A stretch of 37,795 bases of DNA from Deltaproteobacteria bacterium (GCA_031279155.1 JAITJB010000028.1:1-37795); one strand, 5' to 3'; positions 9,375 to 18,181 are shown, counted from the stretch's first letter. Numbers and translations are program-made. Notes: generated by a model from the sequence alone, not told the origin.

Positions 9375-9584
9375 ATGAGAGTTGATGGAGATGCTTTTAA
9401 GAAGGCCAGAACGAAACAACTTCTGAGTTCCTTTGGCTTGGCCAAACAAGCCGGTGTGTCCCCCAATATCGTTCGCAACATCGAAATGGGTAAGACCCCG
9501 CGGGCCGATACTGTTCGCAAAGTCATTTCGGCTTTGGGACTGACCGTGGAAGAAGCTCTAGACCGTAGGATGATCATGCAGTAA
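9375..9584 (+). CDS. XRE-family helix-turn-helix transcriptional regulator (69 aa)
   Basis: The HTH segment is FGLAKQAGVSPNIVRNIEMGK. An AGGAGA RBS sits 8 nt upstream of the ATG. Confidence 0.75.
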   Translation: MRVDGDAFKKARTKQLLSSFGLAKQAGVSPNIVRNIEMGKTPRADTVRKVISALGLTVEEALDRRMIMQ

Positions 9585-9601
9585 AAAGCCTACTAAAACA
9601 A

Positions 9602-9697
9602 TCTGAACATTCTGAGCATTCTGAACAGTTTGAAAAGCTTGCTTACAAAAGCTTTGAAAAGCTTGCATAAAAAAGCTCTCAAAAGCTTTCCAAAAGT
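9602..9697. repeat. Two short-repeat blocks: 3 x 9-mer TCTGA(A/G)CA(T/G), then 5-6 copies of AAAAGCT(T) spaced ~10-13 nt
   Basis: Read directly: tctgaacat tctgagcat tctgaacag, followed by gaaaagctt, caaaagcttt, gaaaagctt, aaaagctc, aaaagcttt. AAAGCTTT is an 8-bp palindrome. Confidence 0.85.
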
Positions 9698-9714
9698 GAG
9701 CAAAAATCTAAAAA

Positions 9715-9750
9715 GGCTCTCGCTCCCGTCAAGGGGGCGAGAGCCTTTTT
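9715..9750 (+). terminator. Rho-independent terminator after the XRE gene
   Basis: The stem is ggctctcgc(tccc)/(gggg)gcgagagcc, with a short loop and a following TTTTT. Confidence 0.7.
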
Positions 9751-9785
9751 AGCTATTAGCTTATCTCAGTTGAGCCTGTGCTATA

Positions 9786-12302
9786 ATGATGCCTGTGAAA
9801 AAGAGCCCCTCATTATCAGCTGACCAAGATATCAGCCAGACTATCTATAAAGTCGCCGTTGACGCGCCCGCGCCAGATATTTACGACTACCTCCCGCCAA
9901 AAGGCGTTCAAGTCCGCGTTGGCCAGATGGTCATGGCCCCCTTTGGCGGCCGTCAGTTATTGGGTTACGTCATGAGTTGCGGGCCTGTTGAGACAGGCTG
10001 CCGCTACAAGCTAAAAACTATAACCAAGGTCATCGTTGAAGAGCCTTTATTTGGCCAGGATTTTTTTGAGTTAGTTAATTTTATTTCTTATTATTACATC
10101 TATCCGCCTGGACTTTGCGTTAAAGAGATCTTGCCTGGCGGCTTGGGTCCCAAATTAAAACCTAGAATGGCTCTGACCGATAAAGGGATCCTTGAAGGAC
10201 CACAATTAGAGGGTAACTTAGCTAAAGCCTACGATCTCTTATTGGAAACCCATCCTGAGCCCAGGCTCCTTAAGGATTTGTCGGGTTTAGGCGAGGTCCC
10301 TCAGAGGCTGTGTAAAGAGGGCTTAGCCGAAAAAATCTATCACGTAGATAACAAGGGAGCGGGCTTTGCCTACGAATTTTACCTAGCCCCGGCGCCAGAT
10401 CCCGATTTTCGGGGGCGCATAGGACCCAAGGAAAAAATCCTCTGGGAGCTAGTTAAGGGCTGCCCGCCTACCCCCATCTCCCATTATCGCAACCTTATGG
10501 ATAACCCCATGCCTCAGGCTAAGAGTTTGGCGGCTAAGGGTTTAATTGTCATTGAAAGTCGCGAGAAGTTTCGAGACGACCCCAACCGGGCCCTAAATTT
10601 TCCGGCTGAAAATATTGGCCAACTGACAAGCTCTCAGGCGGCTTCTTTGGACAAAATCCTGGCGGCTATTACATCTAAAGAAGCTAAGGGTTTTTTACTC
10701 TTCGGGGTGACCGGCAGCGGTAAAACCGAGGTCTACTTAAGGGCGGCCCAGGCGGTTTTGGAGCGAGGCCAGGGCGTCTTGTGGCTGGCCCCGGAGATCG
10801 CCTTAACCATGGGGCTTGAGGGGCGCCTTAAGGAGCGCTTTCCAGCCGAGACCATAAGCGTTCTTCACAGCCGCTTGACAGCCGGGCAGCGCCACGACCA
10901 CTGGCTGGCCTTATGCCGAGGCAACCGCAAGATGGCCTTAGGGGCCAGGAGCGCCGTCTTTGCCCCGATACAAGATTTGGGTCTGGTGATAGTTGATGAA
11001 GAGCACGATTGGGCCTACAAGCAAGACGACGGGCTGCGCTATAACGGCCGGGATCTAGCCGCCTGGCGAGCCCAAAAAAGCGGCGCGGTTTTAATTTTAG
11101 GCTCAGCTACGCCATCATTGGAGAGCTATCATCGGGCTAGTATTGGAAAGCTTGAGCTTTTGACCATGGGTTCTAGGCCAGGGCGCGCGGAACTACCAGA
11201 GGTCATCATAGTCGACCGCCGAGACGAGCCCAAAGGGCTTAAACACGCCATAGCCGACGAGGTCAGAGAGTCCCTTAAAGAAACCTTCGAGCGAGGCGAG
11301 CAGGCCTTAATGTTTATTAACCGCCGGGGCACGGCTAATCTTCCGATGTGCCTGGCCTGCGGGGAGGCCCTTAAATGCCCCCACTGTAACCTGTCGCTAA
11401 CCCTTCACTCTAAAATTGACGGTTTTAATAAGACCGCGCCTGAAGAAGAAACTCACGGTAATTTAAGTCCCGATAGCCTTTTGGTCTGCCACAGCTGCGG
11501 TTATCGAGCTAAACCCCCAAGCTGTTGTCCAAATTGCGGCTCCTATTTGGTCCGGTATTTTGGCGTGGGAACTGAGAGCTTGATTAAAATTGTTGAAAGA
11601 GACTTTGGCAAAAAAGGTCTGCGCCTTGATACCGACAGCACCAAGCTTAAAGGCGGGCTTAAGGATATTTTGGAGAGATTCGCCCAAAGGGAGGCTGATT
11701 TTTTGGTCGGCACGCAGATGGCGGCCAAAGGCCATGATTTTTCCCTTCTGACCATGGTCGGGGTGGTCGAAGCCGATTTGGGCATAAACGTCCCCGATTT
11801 TAGGGCCTCTGAGCGCACTTTCCAGCTTCTAAGTCAGGTTTCTGGCCGAGCTGGACGCCGGGAGCGGCCAGGTAAGGTCTTTATCCAAACCAGGCTGCCA
11901 GAACACTATGCCATGGTCTCAGCTAAAAACCACGATTTTGAAACTTTCTATCAAAATGAAATTAAGATCCGCCAGGATCTAAGTAACCCGCCTTTTTCCA
12001 GGTTAGCCTTAATCAGGGTCAGCGGCTTAGAAGAGCCGCAAGTTTCCGAATGGGCCAATATGGCCGCCGATAAAGCCCGCGAACTCATAGAAAAAGTTGG
12101 TTTAGAATATTTAGATCTCATCGGCCCGGCCCCCTCGCCCATGACTAAGCTCAGGGAGAAGTATCGCTACCAGATGATGTTACGGGCTAAAACCCATGTT
12201 TTGCGGCATAAATTGTTAAATCTCTGGCTGCCGGCTATCCGAAAGCTTCTGCCAGGGGGGCTAGTCTTGACGGTCGATGTCGACCCCTATAGCTTACTGT
12301 AA
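9786..12302 (+). CDS. priA: Primosomal protein N' (replication restart helicase PriA)
   Basis: It has Walker A GVTGSGKTEVY, VDEEHD, and a Zn-binding insert with four CxxC pairs (CLACG..CPHC..CHSCG..CPNCG). At 838 aa it is longer than typical PriA. Confidence 0.9.
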   Translation: MMPVKKSPSLSADQDISQTIYKVAVDAPAPDIYDYLPPKGVQVRVGQMVMAPFGGRQLLGYVMSCGPVETGCRYKLKTITKVIVEEPLFGQDFFELVNFISYYYIYPPGLCVKEILPGGLGPKLKPRMALTDKGILEGPQLEGNLAKAYDLLLETHPEPRLLKDLSGLGEVPQRLCKEGLAEKIYHVDNKGAGFAYEFYLAPAPDPDFRGRIGPKEKILWELVKGCPPTPISHYRNLMDNPMPQAKSLAAKGLIVIESREKFRDDPNRALNFPAENIGQLTSSQAASLDKILAAITSKEAKGFLLFGVTGSGKTEVYLRAAQAVLERGQGVLWLAPEIALTMGLEGRLKERFPAETISVLHSRLTAGQRHDHWLALCRGNRKMALGARSAVFAPIQDLGLVIVDEEHDWAYKQDDGLRYNGRDLAAWRAQKSGAVLILGSATPSLESYHRASIGKLELLTMGSRPGRAELPEVIIVDRRDEPKGLKHAIADEVRESLKETFERGEQALMFINRRGTANLPMCLACGEALKCPHCNLSLTLHSKIDGFNKTAPEEETHGNLSPDSLLVCHSCGYRAKPPSCCPNCGSYLVRYFGVGTESLIKIVERDFGKKGLRLDTDSTKLKGGLKDILERFAQREADFLVGTQMAAKGHDFSLLTMVGVVEADLGINVPDFRASERTFQLLSQVSGRAGRRERPGKVFIQTRLPEHYAMVSAKNHDFETFYQNEIKIRQDLSNPPFSRLALIRVSGLEEPQVSEWANMAADKARELIEKVGLEYLDLIGPAPSPMTKLREKYRYQMMLRAKTHVLRHKLLNLWLPAIRKLLPGGLVLTVDVDPYSLL

Positions 12303-12333
12303 AAGGCGAGATCGAAAAGCTACGACAACAAAT

Positions 12334-12375
12334 AAAACCCCCATAAATACCTTGATATTTATGGGGGTTTTATTT
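12334..12375. terminator. Bidirectional terminator hairpin between convergent priA and the transposase-like gene
   Basis: A perfect 16-bp stem aaaacccccataaata/tatttatgggggtttt has the 6-nt loop ccttga. It is flanked by an A-run and a T-run. Confidence 0.75.
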
Positions 12376-12408
12376 GTGGTTAAGCGCGGCTATTTCTTTA
12401 TAATCCGG

Positions 12409-13800
12409 CTACTTATGTTTGACCAGTTGGGCAAAGGAGTTAAAGGTTGTATGCGAAGTTTTATGGCAGATGTGCTCGATGGTTTTTTTCATGGTCGGAA
12501 ATTGGCGGCGCAGCTTTTTAAAGGTTTCGTCAGTTAAATTCTCAGCCTCATGTATTAAAGAAGATAAAGCTTTAATAGTTGATAATACATTAGCTAGATT
12601 TTCTTGGCCGTGACCAAGACCAAGATCTAAATTATAGCCACGATTATTTAATGAAGAAAAACCAGTGTCTACGCTGTATCTAAGACGGCCAAGGGAGATT
12701 AAAAATTCAATAGTAGTTTCATTTACTTCTAGATCCGTTATAAAAGAATACTTTTGCACTTTAATCGAGGGCTTAGGTTTTCGACGCAGGGGATGATAAT
12801 TTGGCGGTTGGGCGATTTTTTCTGGGGGTTTATTTAATAAAGGCGAAATAGTTAAACATATATAATTGATTTTTGCCGGATTATCATCGTCGATTAATTC
12901 TATGTCATTTTTAAAACTGTATTCATATTTTAATTTATTGGCAAAATCAAGTTTAGTTAGAGTAACAGCTTGACTTTTATCAAATGTGTGAATAAGAGCC
13001 AGCCAGGTTCTGTAGCTGTCATTGTAACAGTGGATAATATAATTTGAATTTCTATAGCTTTTTATTAAGTTAATGACCTTGGTCGAGGTATAAAAGGCGT
13101 CACAGAGAAAGATAGGAACCTGTTTAATGTAGTCTAATTCTTTTGATTCCAATATGTGTTTAAAATAATTAAACTCATAAATCTGCTTATCATGAACATG
13201 GTATGGGATTTTTACTTTAGGATCTACGTTTTGAGGGAAAGTTGGGGGTAAGGCAATTGTTTCTTTTAAATTTGGCGAACAAAGTGTCATCCCAAGGGCA
13301 GTATGATAATATTCTTTTTCATTTAGTTTTAAATGGTATAATAAATTACAATTTTCACAAGATTCAGTTTTTGATTTATAGAATATCTTGCCAGCCACAG
13401 AAATCATGATTTTATTATCTAAAATCGTAAAAGCATCGATAGCGCCTTGTTTATATAAGTCAGTAATAATGCTAGTAAAGATAGGCTTGAGGAGCTCTGG
13501 CTTAGTTTTATCTAAGACCTCCATAATTTCTTTTTTGGTCGGTATAGTTTTGATGTTAAATAAGGATTGGGCGTTGGAAGCGCCGGCGGCTCTTAGGAGT
13601 GTTTCTTGGCTCTCAAGCCAGGAGGCGCTCTGCATAAAATATAGGCTCAGGGCCGCGAGCCAGATGTCTGAGATGGCGGTTGGAACTTTAGTATCGATTC
13701 TAGGGTCGGGGAGAGTTTCAAAGACCCTAGCGGCATAGCCTATGTATTGATTCAAATTTCCCATGATTTTAAGTATAGCCAATTGGGCATGGGAAGTCAA
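12409..13800 (-). CDS. DDE-transposase-like protein (IS4-superfamily-like), possibly catalytically degenerate
   Basis: Several segments of the 463-aa protein follow a pattern I recall from a family of single-ORF DDE transposases. They are N-terminal LPDPRIDTKVP..SDIWLAALSLYFMQ, SLFNIKTIPTKKEIMEVLD, YSFITDLEV and RLRYSVDTGFSSLNNRGYNLDLGLGHGQENL. The family was not verified by search. Confidence 0.5.
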   Translation of the reverse strand: MTSHAQLAILKIMGNLNQYIGYAARVFETLPDPRIDTKVPTAISDIWLAALSLYFMQSASWLESQETLLRAAGASNAQSLFNIKTIPTKKEIMEVLDKTKPELLKPIFTSIITDLYKQGAIDAFTILDNKIMISVAGKIFYKSKTESCENCNLLYHLKLNEKEYYHTALGMTLCSPNLKETIALPPTFPQNVDPKVKIPYHVHDKQIYEFNYFKHILESKELDYIKQVPIFLCDAFYTSTKVINLIKSYRNSNYIIHCYNDSYRTWLALIHTFDKSQAVTLTKLDFANKLKYEYSFKNDIELIDDDNPAKINYICLTISPLLNKPPEKIAQPPNYHPLRRKPKPSIKVQKYSFITDLEVNETTIEFLISLGRLRYSVDTGFSSLNNRGYNLDLGLGHGQENLANVLSTIKALSSLIHEAENLTDETFKKLRRQFPTMKKTIEHICHKTSHTTFNSFAQLVKHK

Positions 13801-13992
13801 GGAATTATTTCAATTAATCATGCAATTTTTTTGTATGATTTTGTAGACATAAAAAAGTTGATGAAAGAAGATGTTAATAAAAATTTTCACCCCGTTAACA
13901 AATGCGATTCAGCACGGCAATTCAGCATGAAGAGTCAATTTGGCGAATCATTTTGGAAAATTGAAATTGTCCAGGCCAAAAACGCCTGACCG

Positions 13993-14008
13993 TGTTCCAC
14001 GTGGAACA
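13993..14008. repeat. Perfect 16-bp palindrome TGTTCCACGTGGAACA
   Basis: Read directly. It lies 26 nt downstream of the MopB stop and ~190 nt upstream of the transposase-like gene start. Confidence 0.9.
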
Positions 14009-14033
14009 TAAATTTGGAGAGGAAAAAAAACGC

Positions 14034-15995
14034 CTAAATCGTAATTTTGCTCACATCCACCCGGCTCTCATAGTAAGCCGTACCCTGACCTACGGTGGTA
14101 AGTAGGGCCCGGGTGAGGACGTTAACATTACAGCCTAAAAAGTCCCAGCCGCCCCGGGGAATGACCACTAAGTCAGCCCGCAGGTTTGAGTCTAGCTTAG
14201 CTTGGGCTTTTAGCTGGCCCAAGCTGTTATGGACCAAAACGGTTTCGCCATCGGCTATACCGAGCTCGTATGCCACCGAATCATTAATGGTTATGGGTAG
14301 TATTTGAGGGTGCTCTTGGGGCCGGATTTCTGAGCACAGCCATTGTTTTGGGGCCGTACTCATCAGGGCGAAACGGCGATCGCCATCGTTTTTGGCCGGG
14401 GGCGCATAAAAATCGAGCAGCCTAAACTTTCCGTTTGGAGTAGGAAATAGCCCATCTTGGTAGGGCACGTGGGGGATATCGGGCTGATAGGCCCCGCCTT
14501 CTCTGATGGTTTCGATTGTAAGCCCCATTTTGAGGGTCGGGGCCATGATGATTTTAAGCCACTCTTCCCTTGGTTTTACGTAATCTTTTAGATTTAGCTT
14601 TGCTCCTAAGCTCATAAAGAGATCAAAATCCGATTTTGACTCCCCCAAAGGTTCGATGGCCCGATTAATGGGGCAGATGTAACTATGACCGTAGGAAGCC
14701 ACGATATCGTCTTCTTCCAAAAAGGTCGTGGCCGGGAAGAAGACATCGGCCAATAAGCCGGTATCATCTAAGAAATGCCCGCCATAAACTTTAAAGGGCA
14801 CGCGCTCTAAGGCGCTCTTTACCTCGTTAGAGTCAGGCAGCATGGCCACCGGGTTACCAGCCGTAATAAAGGCCAATAATATCGGGGGATCGGCCTTTTT
14901 AAGTTCGCTCCCCAATAAGGGCATAAAAAGCTTGCGCCTATTGGGATTCATTTCATCGCCCCAAATAGACCAATCGTAAGGCTGATACTCCTCAAAGCCT
15001 TGGCTGACGCCGCCTCCGGGCCGGCCAATGGATCCGGCCACGGCGCCTAAAGCGTCGATGGAGCGCAAAGTGATGTGGGAGTTAACCCAACGGTGGAGCC
15101 CCCAACCTAAGACAAAAGAGACCGGCTTATTTTCCATGATAAGTAAAGCTAAGCGCTCGATCTGGCTGGCTGGAATATCGCAGGCGGTAGCTCTTTGCTC
15201 TAAAGTCTCACTAAAAACGATTTCTTTATAGGCGCCTAAGTTCTCGGTGGATTTTAGGAGAAAATCATTATCTTCACGCCCAGCCTCAAAAATAATCCTA
15301 GCTAAAGCTAAAGCCAAAAAAGCGTCCGTTCCGGGCTTGGGGGCTAGGCGCCACGAGCAAAGGGAGGAGCTTTGGGTTCTAATGGGATCGATTAAGACTA
15401 CCGGTATATTTTTTGATCTTAAGTTTTTAATGACCGGCATGAGATTTAAGCTACTGACCGCCGGGTTACGGCCCCAGAGGATCATTAAACGGCTATTATT
15501 GTGATCGCGGATGTCGTGGGAAATGCGGGTGCCATAATCGAGATCCTGGGCCCCTTGACCGGCCCCGCCGCAAATGGTGCCCTTAGTTATGGTGGTTGGG
15601 CCTAAGAGATTAAAGAAGCGGCGATTGACGAGTTTAAGGGCTGTTCGAGAGCCAAAGCCCTGGTAATAGAGAATAGACTTTGGGTCGCTCTTAGCATGAA
15701 GCGATATTTTCGAGGCCACAAGTTCTAAGGCGTCTTCCCAGGAGGCTCTAGTCAGGCGACCATTGACCCGGATTAAGGGCCAAAGAACCCGGTTGGCATC
15801 GTAGGCTCTTTTGACAAAGCCAGGGCATTTGCGGCAGACCCGGCCGGCATTGGTGGGGGAATCAGGGTCCCCGGTGAGGGATACGACCCTGTCGTCCTCA
15901 ACTTTGGCGATGAGGCTACAGGTATTGGGGCAGTCGCGGGTACAGGCGGTTTTTATATATTTTGGCATAGTTTGGTTTAAGAAAATGGTCGTCAT
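14034..15995 (-). CDS. Molybdopterin (MopB-superfamily) oxidoreductase, cytoplasmic, with an N-terminal [4Fe-4S] motif
   Basis: The 653-aa protein has N-terminal CTRDCPNTCSL...GRVCRKC (C-x3-C-x3-C...C), as in uncharacterised YoaE/YyaE-type bis-MGD enzymes. It has no signal or Tat peptide. Its ATG overlaps the upstream stop as ATGA. Confidence 0.8.
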   Translation of the reverse strand: MTTIFLNQTMPKYIKTACTRDCPNTCSLIAKVEDDRVVSLTGDPDSPTNAGRVCRKCPGFVKRAYDANRVLWPLIRVNGRLTRASWEDALELVASKISLHAKSDPKSILYYQGFGSRTALKLVNRRFFNLLGPTTITKGTICGGAGQGAQDLDYGTRISHDIRDHNNSRLMILWGRNPAVSSLNLMPVIKNLRSKNIPVVLIDPIRTQSSSLCSWRLAPKPGTDAFLALALARIIFEAGREDNDFLLKSTENLGAYKEIVFSETLEQRATACDIPASQIERLALLIMENKPVSFVLGWGLHRWVNSHITLRSIDALGAVAGSIGRPGGGVSQGFEEYQPYDWSIWGDEMNPNRRKLFMPLLGSELKKADPPILLAFITAGNPVAMLPDSNEVKSALERVPFKVYGGHFLDDTGLLADVFFPATTFLEEDDIVASYGHSYICPINRAIEPLGESKSDFDLFMSLGAKLNLKDYVKPREEWLKIIMAPTLKMGLTIETIREGGAYQPDIPHVPYQDGLFPTPNGKFRLLDFYAPPAKNDGDRRFALMSTAPKQWLCSEIRPQEHPQILPITINDSVAYELGIADGETVLVHNSLGQLKAQAKLDSNLRADLVVIPRGGWDFLGCNVNVLTRALLTTVGQGTAYYESRVDVSKITI

Positions 15996-17002
15996 GAGCT
16001 AGCCAAGCAGCCGCCCTGACACTCTGAGGGCGGAAACTGGCAGGGACCGCATTGGTTACGATTTTTTTGCCTTATGGGTAGGGCCAGCTCGGCAAAAAAA
16101 CCTAGGAGATCTAGTTCGCCATCAAAACTTGAGACCTTAGGGGCGCTTATATTTTTTAGCGGCCAGCAGTGCCTAACTGAGAGATCGGTTAGGATATCTA
16201 GGGAGGGCCTACAGGTTCCGCTAAAGGGGTCTGATAAGCGCCGAAGATCGCCTAGATCTTCTTGGGAAAATAGGCATGGCGGCAAACAGCAGTCTAAGCC
16301 AACGGTCAGATCGGCTTTGGTAGCCATGCGGACAAAATCAACCAGGGCTATGGTAGCTAGATCGGTACTCGTTAGGGGGTTCTGTTGGCTGCTATTTGGG
16401 GGACTATTATGGGGGTTAGTTTGATTATTCTGTTGGCTGCTATTTTGAATACTCTTTTGGCTACTTTTTTGGTCAAAATAAATATTTTTTCTATCTTCCC
16501 TAGGTCTTGAGAGATCGTAACGGATAGTCTTAATACCAAAGCGTTTGGCCCCATCTATGAGGTAATCATAGTCAAGAAAACCTGGGGCAAAGTTTTTGGA
16601 AAAAGCTAGGCGCCCGCCAAATTCCACTAAAAGGGAGATGTTTTTTTCCCTCAAAGCGTAAGCCTCGCGGGAGTACATCTTAGGCTGGTTATAATTTACA
16701 ACGATATTGTAGGTAAGTTTAGCTAAGGGTTCAGCTAAGGACGAGGGGAAGAGGGCGTTGGTGAAGAGGACCGGGCAGACGCCGCTAGACCATAAGCTAT
16801 CCAAAAAAAATAATAGCTCTGGGTGGAGGGTTGGCTCCCCTCCCAAAATGGCAAGACTTGCGGCATTGGTCTCCTTAAGCCAAGATAAAAGGCTCAAAAA
16901 ATCCGGCTTAGAAAGTAAAGTCGGGGCCAAGTTAAAATCACTGGCCACAAAGCAGTAGTCGCAATTTAAGTTGCACTTACTTGTAATAAAAAGATTGAGC
17001 AT
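15992..17002 (-). CDS. Radical SAM enzyme with C-terminal SPASM-type domain
   Basis: It has CNLNCDYCF (CxxxCxxC), GGEPTL, and C-terminal CRPSLDILTDLSVRHC...CGPCQFPPSECQGGC. It also carries an internal Q/N/S-rich low-complexity insert. Confidence 0.8.
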   Translation of the reverse strand: MLNLFITSKCNLNCDYCFVASDFNLAPTLLSKPDFLSLLSWLKETNAASLAILGGEPTLHPELLFFLDSLWSSGVCPVLFTNALFPSSLAEPLAKLTYNIVVNYNQPKMYSREAYALREKNISLLVEFGGRLAFSKNFAPGFLDYDYLIDGAKRFGIKTIRYDLSRPREDRKNIYFDQKSSQKSIQNSSQQNNQTNPHNSPPNSSQQNPLTSTDLATIALVDFVRMATKADLTVGLDCCLPPCLFSQEDLGDLRRLSDPFSGTCRPSLDILTDLSVRHCWPLKNISAPKVSSFDGELDLLGFFAELALPIRQKNRNQCGPCQFPPSECQGGCLASS

Positions 17003-17032
17003 GAAAAGAATGTAACAGCCAAAATAAGGCTC

Positions 17033-18139
17033 TTAATCAAAGGCAATTTTTATGTATGGATTCTGACAGGGGTTACCATGACAGGCGTACATGGTTTTGT
17101 CGTTAAGATCGAGGATTACCGCTGCGATAGTCGCGCAGGCCGTAGTCTCTTTTTCGCCTTCCAAAAAATGGGCGCAGATGCAGCGGGGATGGTTGGTGTG
17201 GTCTTTGGTTAGATCCATAATGGACTTTAGATCGATTTGCCCAAAATTATTTTTTAAATACTTAGACGCCACTTCCCGGCGGACGTATGAGCCGCCGTGG
17301 CTGAGCCAATTGGGCGTCTCAAAGCGGCGCATAAAATCGGCCAGATAGTGGTTAGTGTGAGCAATAGCCCCGTCAAAGGGCAGTATGTAATACTGCCCTG
17401 CTGAGAGTTCTAAGCAAAAACCAAAGCCGTCGCTAGATGATAATTGATAGTTCATGCCGGTAGCCCGGGGGGCGAAGACGATGGCCCCGAAGGCGTCGCC
17501 CAATCTATCTTGGGCTAAGGCCTGCCGAACGATAAAGGGATAGATGACCCCGGCCCTAGCGTCGGTGGCGACAAGTTTATTGATAACTAATCCTAAGCCC
17601 CGGTTATTTAAGCCGTTTAAGCCTAGCACCCCGGCTAAAGTGTAGATAATTTCTTTCCCCGTAGGGCGATTTATCTTTAAGATAACGTTATAGCGGCTGT
17701 AAAAGGGCTCCATATCATAGGTCTGGGCCACAAAGGTCTTGCCCTCTTTGGTAGCCGCAGGCAGGATATTTAGAGTTGTACAGCCCCAAAGAGGCTTGGC
17801 CAGTAATTTAGCGCCCAAAGCCGGAGGCCTTAAGTCTTCAAACTCCAAAAAGGAATTTAAAAATAATATCTCGTCAAAATCCAAATCGGCCCCACGGGCA
17901 ATACCCTCCATTTCTTCAAATAAAATGGGGCTATAGCGCTTAAGAGCTGAGAGGTTTCGGCGGGCAAAATCCAAAAGATCCCGGCGGGTCACCCCGACCG
18001 GGATATTTTGGGCGTGGATTTCCATGGCGTTACCATAAAATTCGCGGATCTTATCCCTAAGGGCTTCCCCGTGGGCCTGTCCCAAAACCCGGCCTTGACC
18101 AGATAAGTTTAAGATGGGTATGGTCGTTAAATTTTCCAT
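17033..18139 (-). CDS. Peptidase C45 / acyl-CoA:6-aminopenicillanic-acid acyltransferase-like Ntn hydrolase
   Basis: The 368-aa protein has the internal nucleophile context PLWGCTTLNI and C45-like length and pattern (GLNGLNNRGLGL). Confidence 0.65.
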   Translation of the reverse strand: MENLTTIPILNLSGQGRVLGQAHGEALRDKIREFYGNAMEIHAQNIPVGVTRRDLLDFARRNLSALKRYSPILFEEMEGIARGADLDFDEILFLNSFLEFEDLRPPALGAKLLAKPLWGCTTLNILPAATKEGKTFVAQTYDMEPFYSRYNVILKINRPTGKEIIYTLAGVLGLNGLNNRGLGLVINKLVATDARAGVIYPFIVRQALAQDRLGDAFGAIVFAPRATGMNYQLSSSDGFGFCLELSAGQYYILPFDGAIAHTNHYLADFMRRFETPNWLSHGGSYVRREVASKYLKNNFGQIDLKSIMDLTKDHTNHPRCICAHFLEGEKETTACATIAAVILDLNDKTMYACHGNPCQNPYIKIAFD

Positions 18140-18181
18140 TAGTAACTGCCTATAGTCTAAGGGCGCCTTCTAAAAAAAAAG

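Larger units (their letters stand above)
12376..14033. mobile_element. AT-rich insertion carrying a single transposase-like gene (IS remnant or domesticated element; boundaries undefined)
   Basis: Base composition drops visibly relative to the flanking priA and MopB genes. The only gene is transposase-like. I could not find terminal inverted repeats by eye. Confidence 0.35.

Noticed and set aside
9335-9577. An 80-aa minus-strand ORF overlapping the XRE gene.
   Set aside because: It is exactly antisense to a gene with a clear HTH motif and a good RBS, and it has no independent signals.
13935-14009. A 24-codon minus-strand ORF (MFHVEHGQAFLAWTISIFQNDSPN) just downstream of the rSAM/MopB genes, as a possible RiPP precursor.
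   Set aside because: It has no RBS, and its start codon lies inside the 16-bp palindrome. It has no Cys/Ser/Thr-rich core or leader-like features, and it sits in the AT-rich insertion rather than in the operon.
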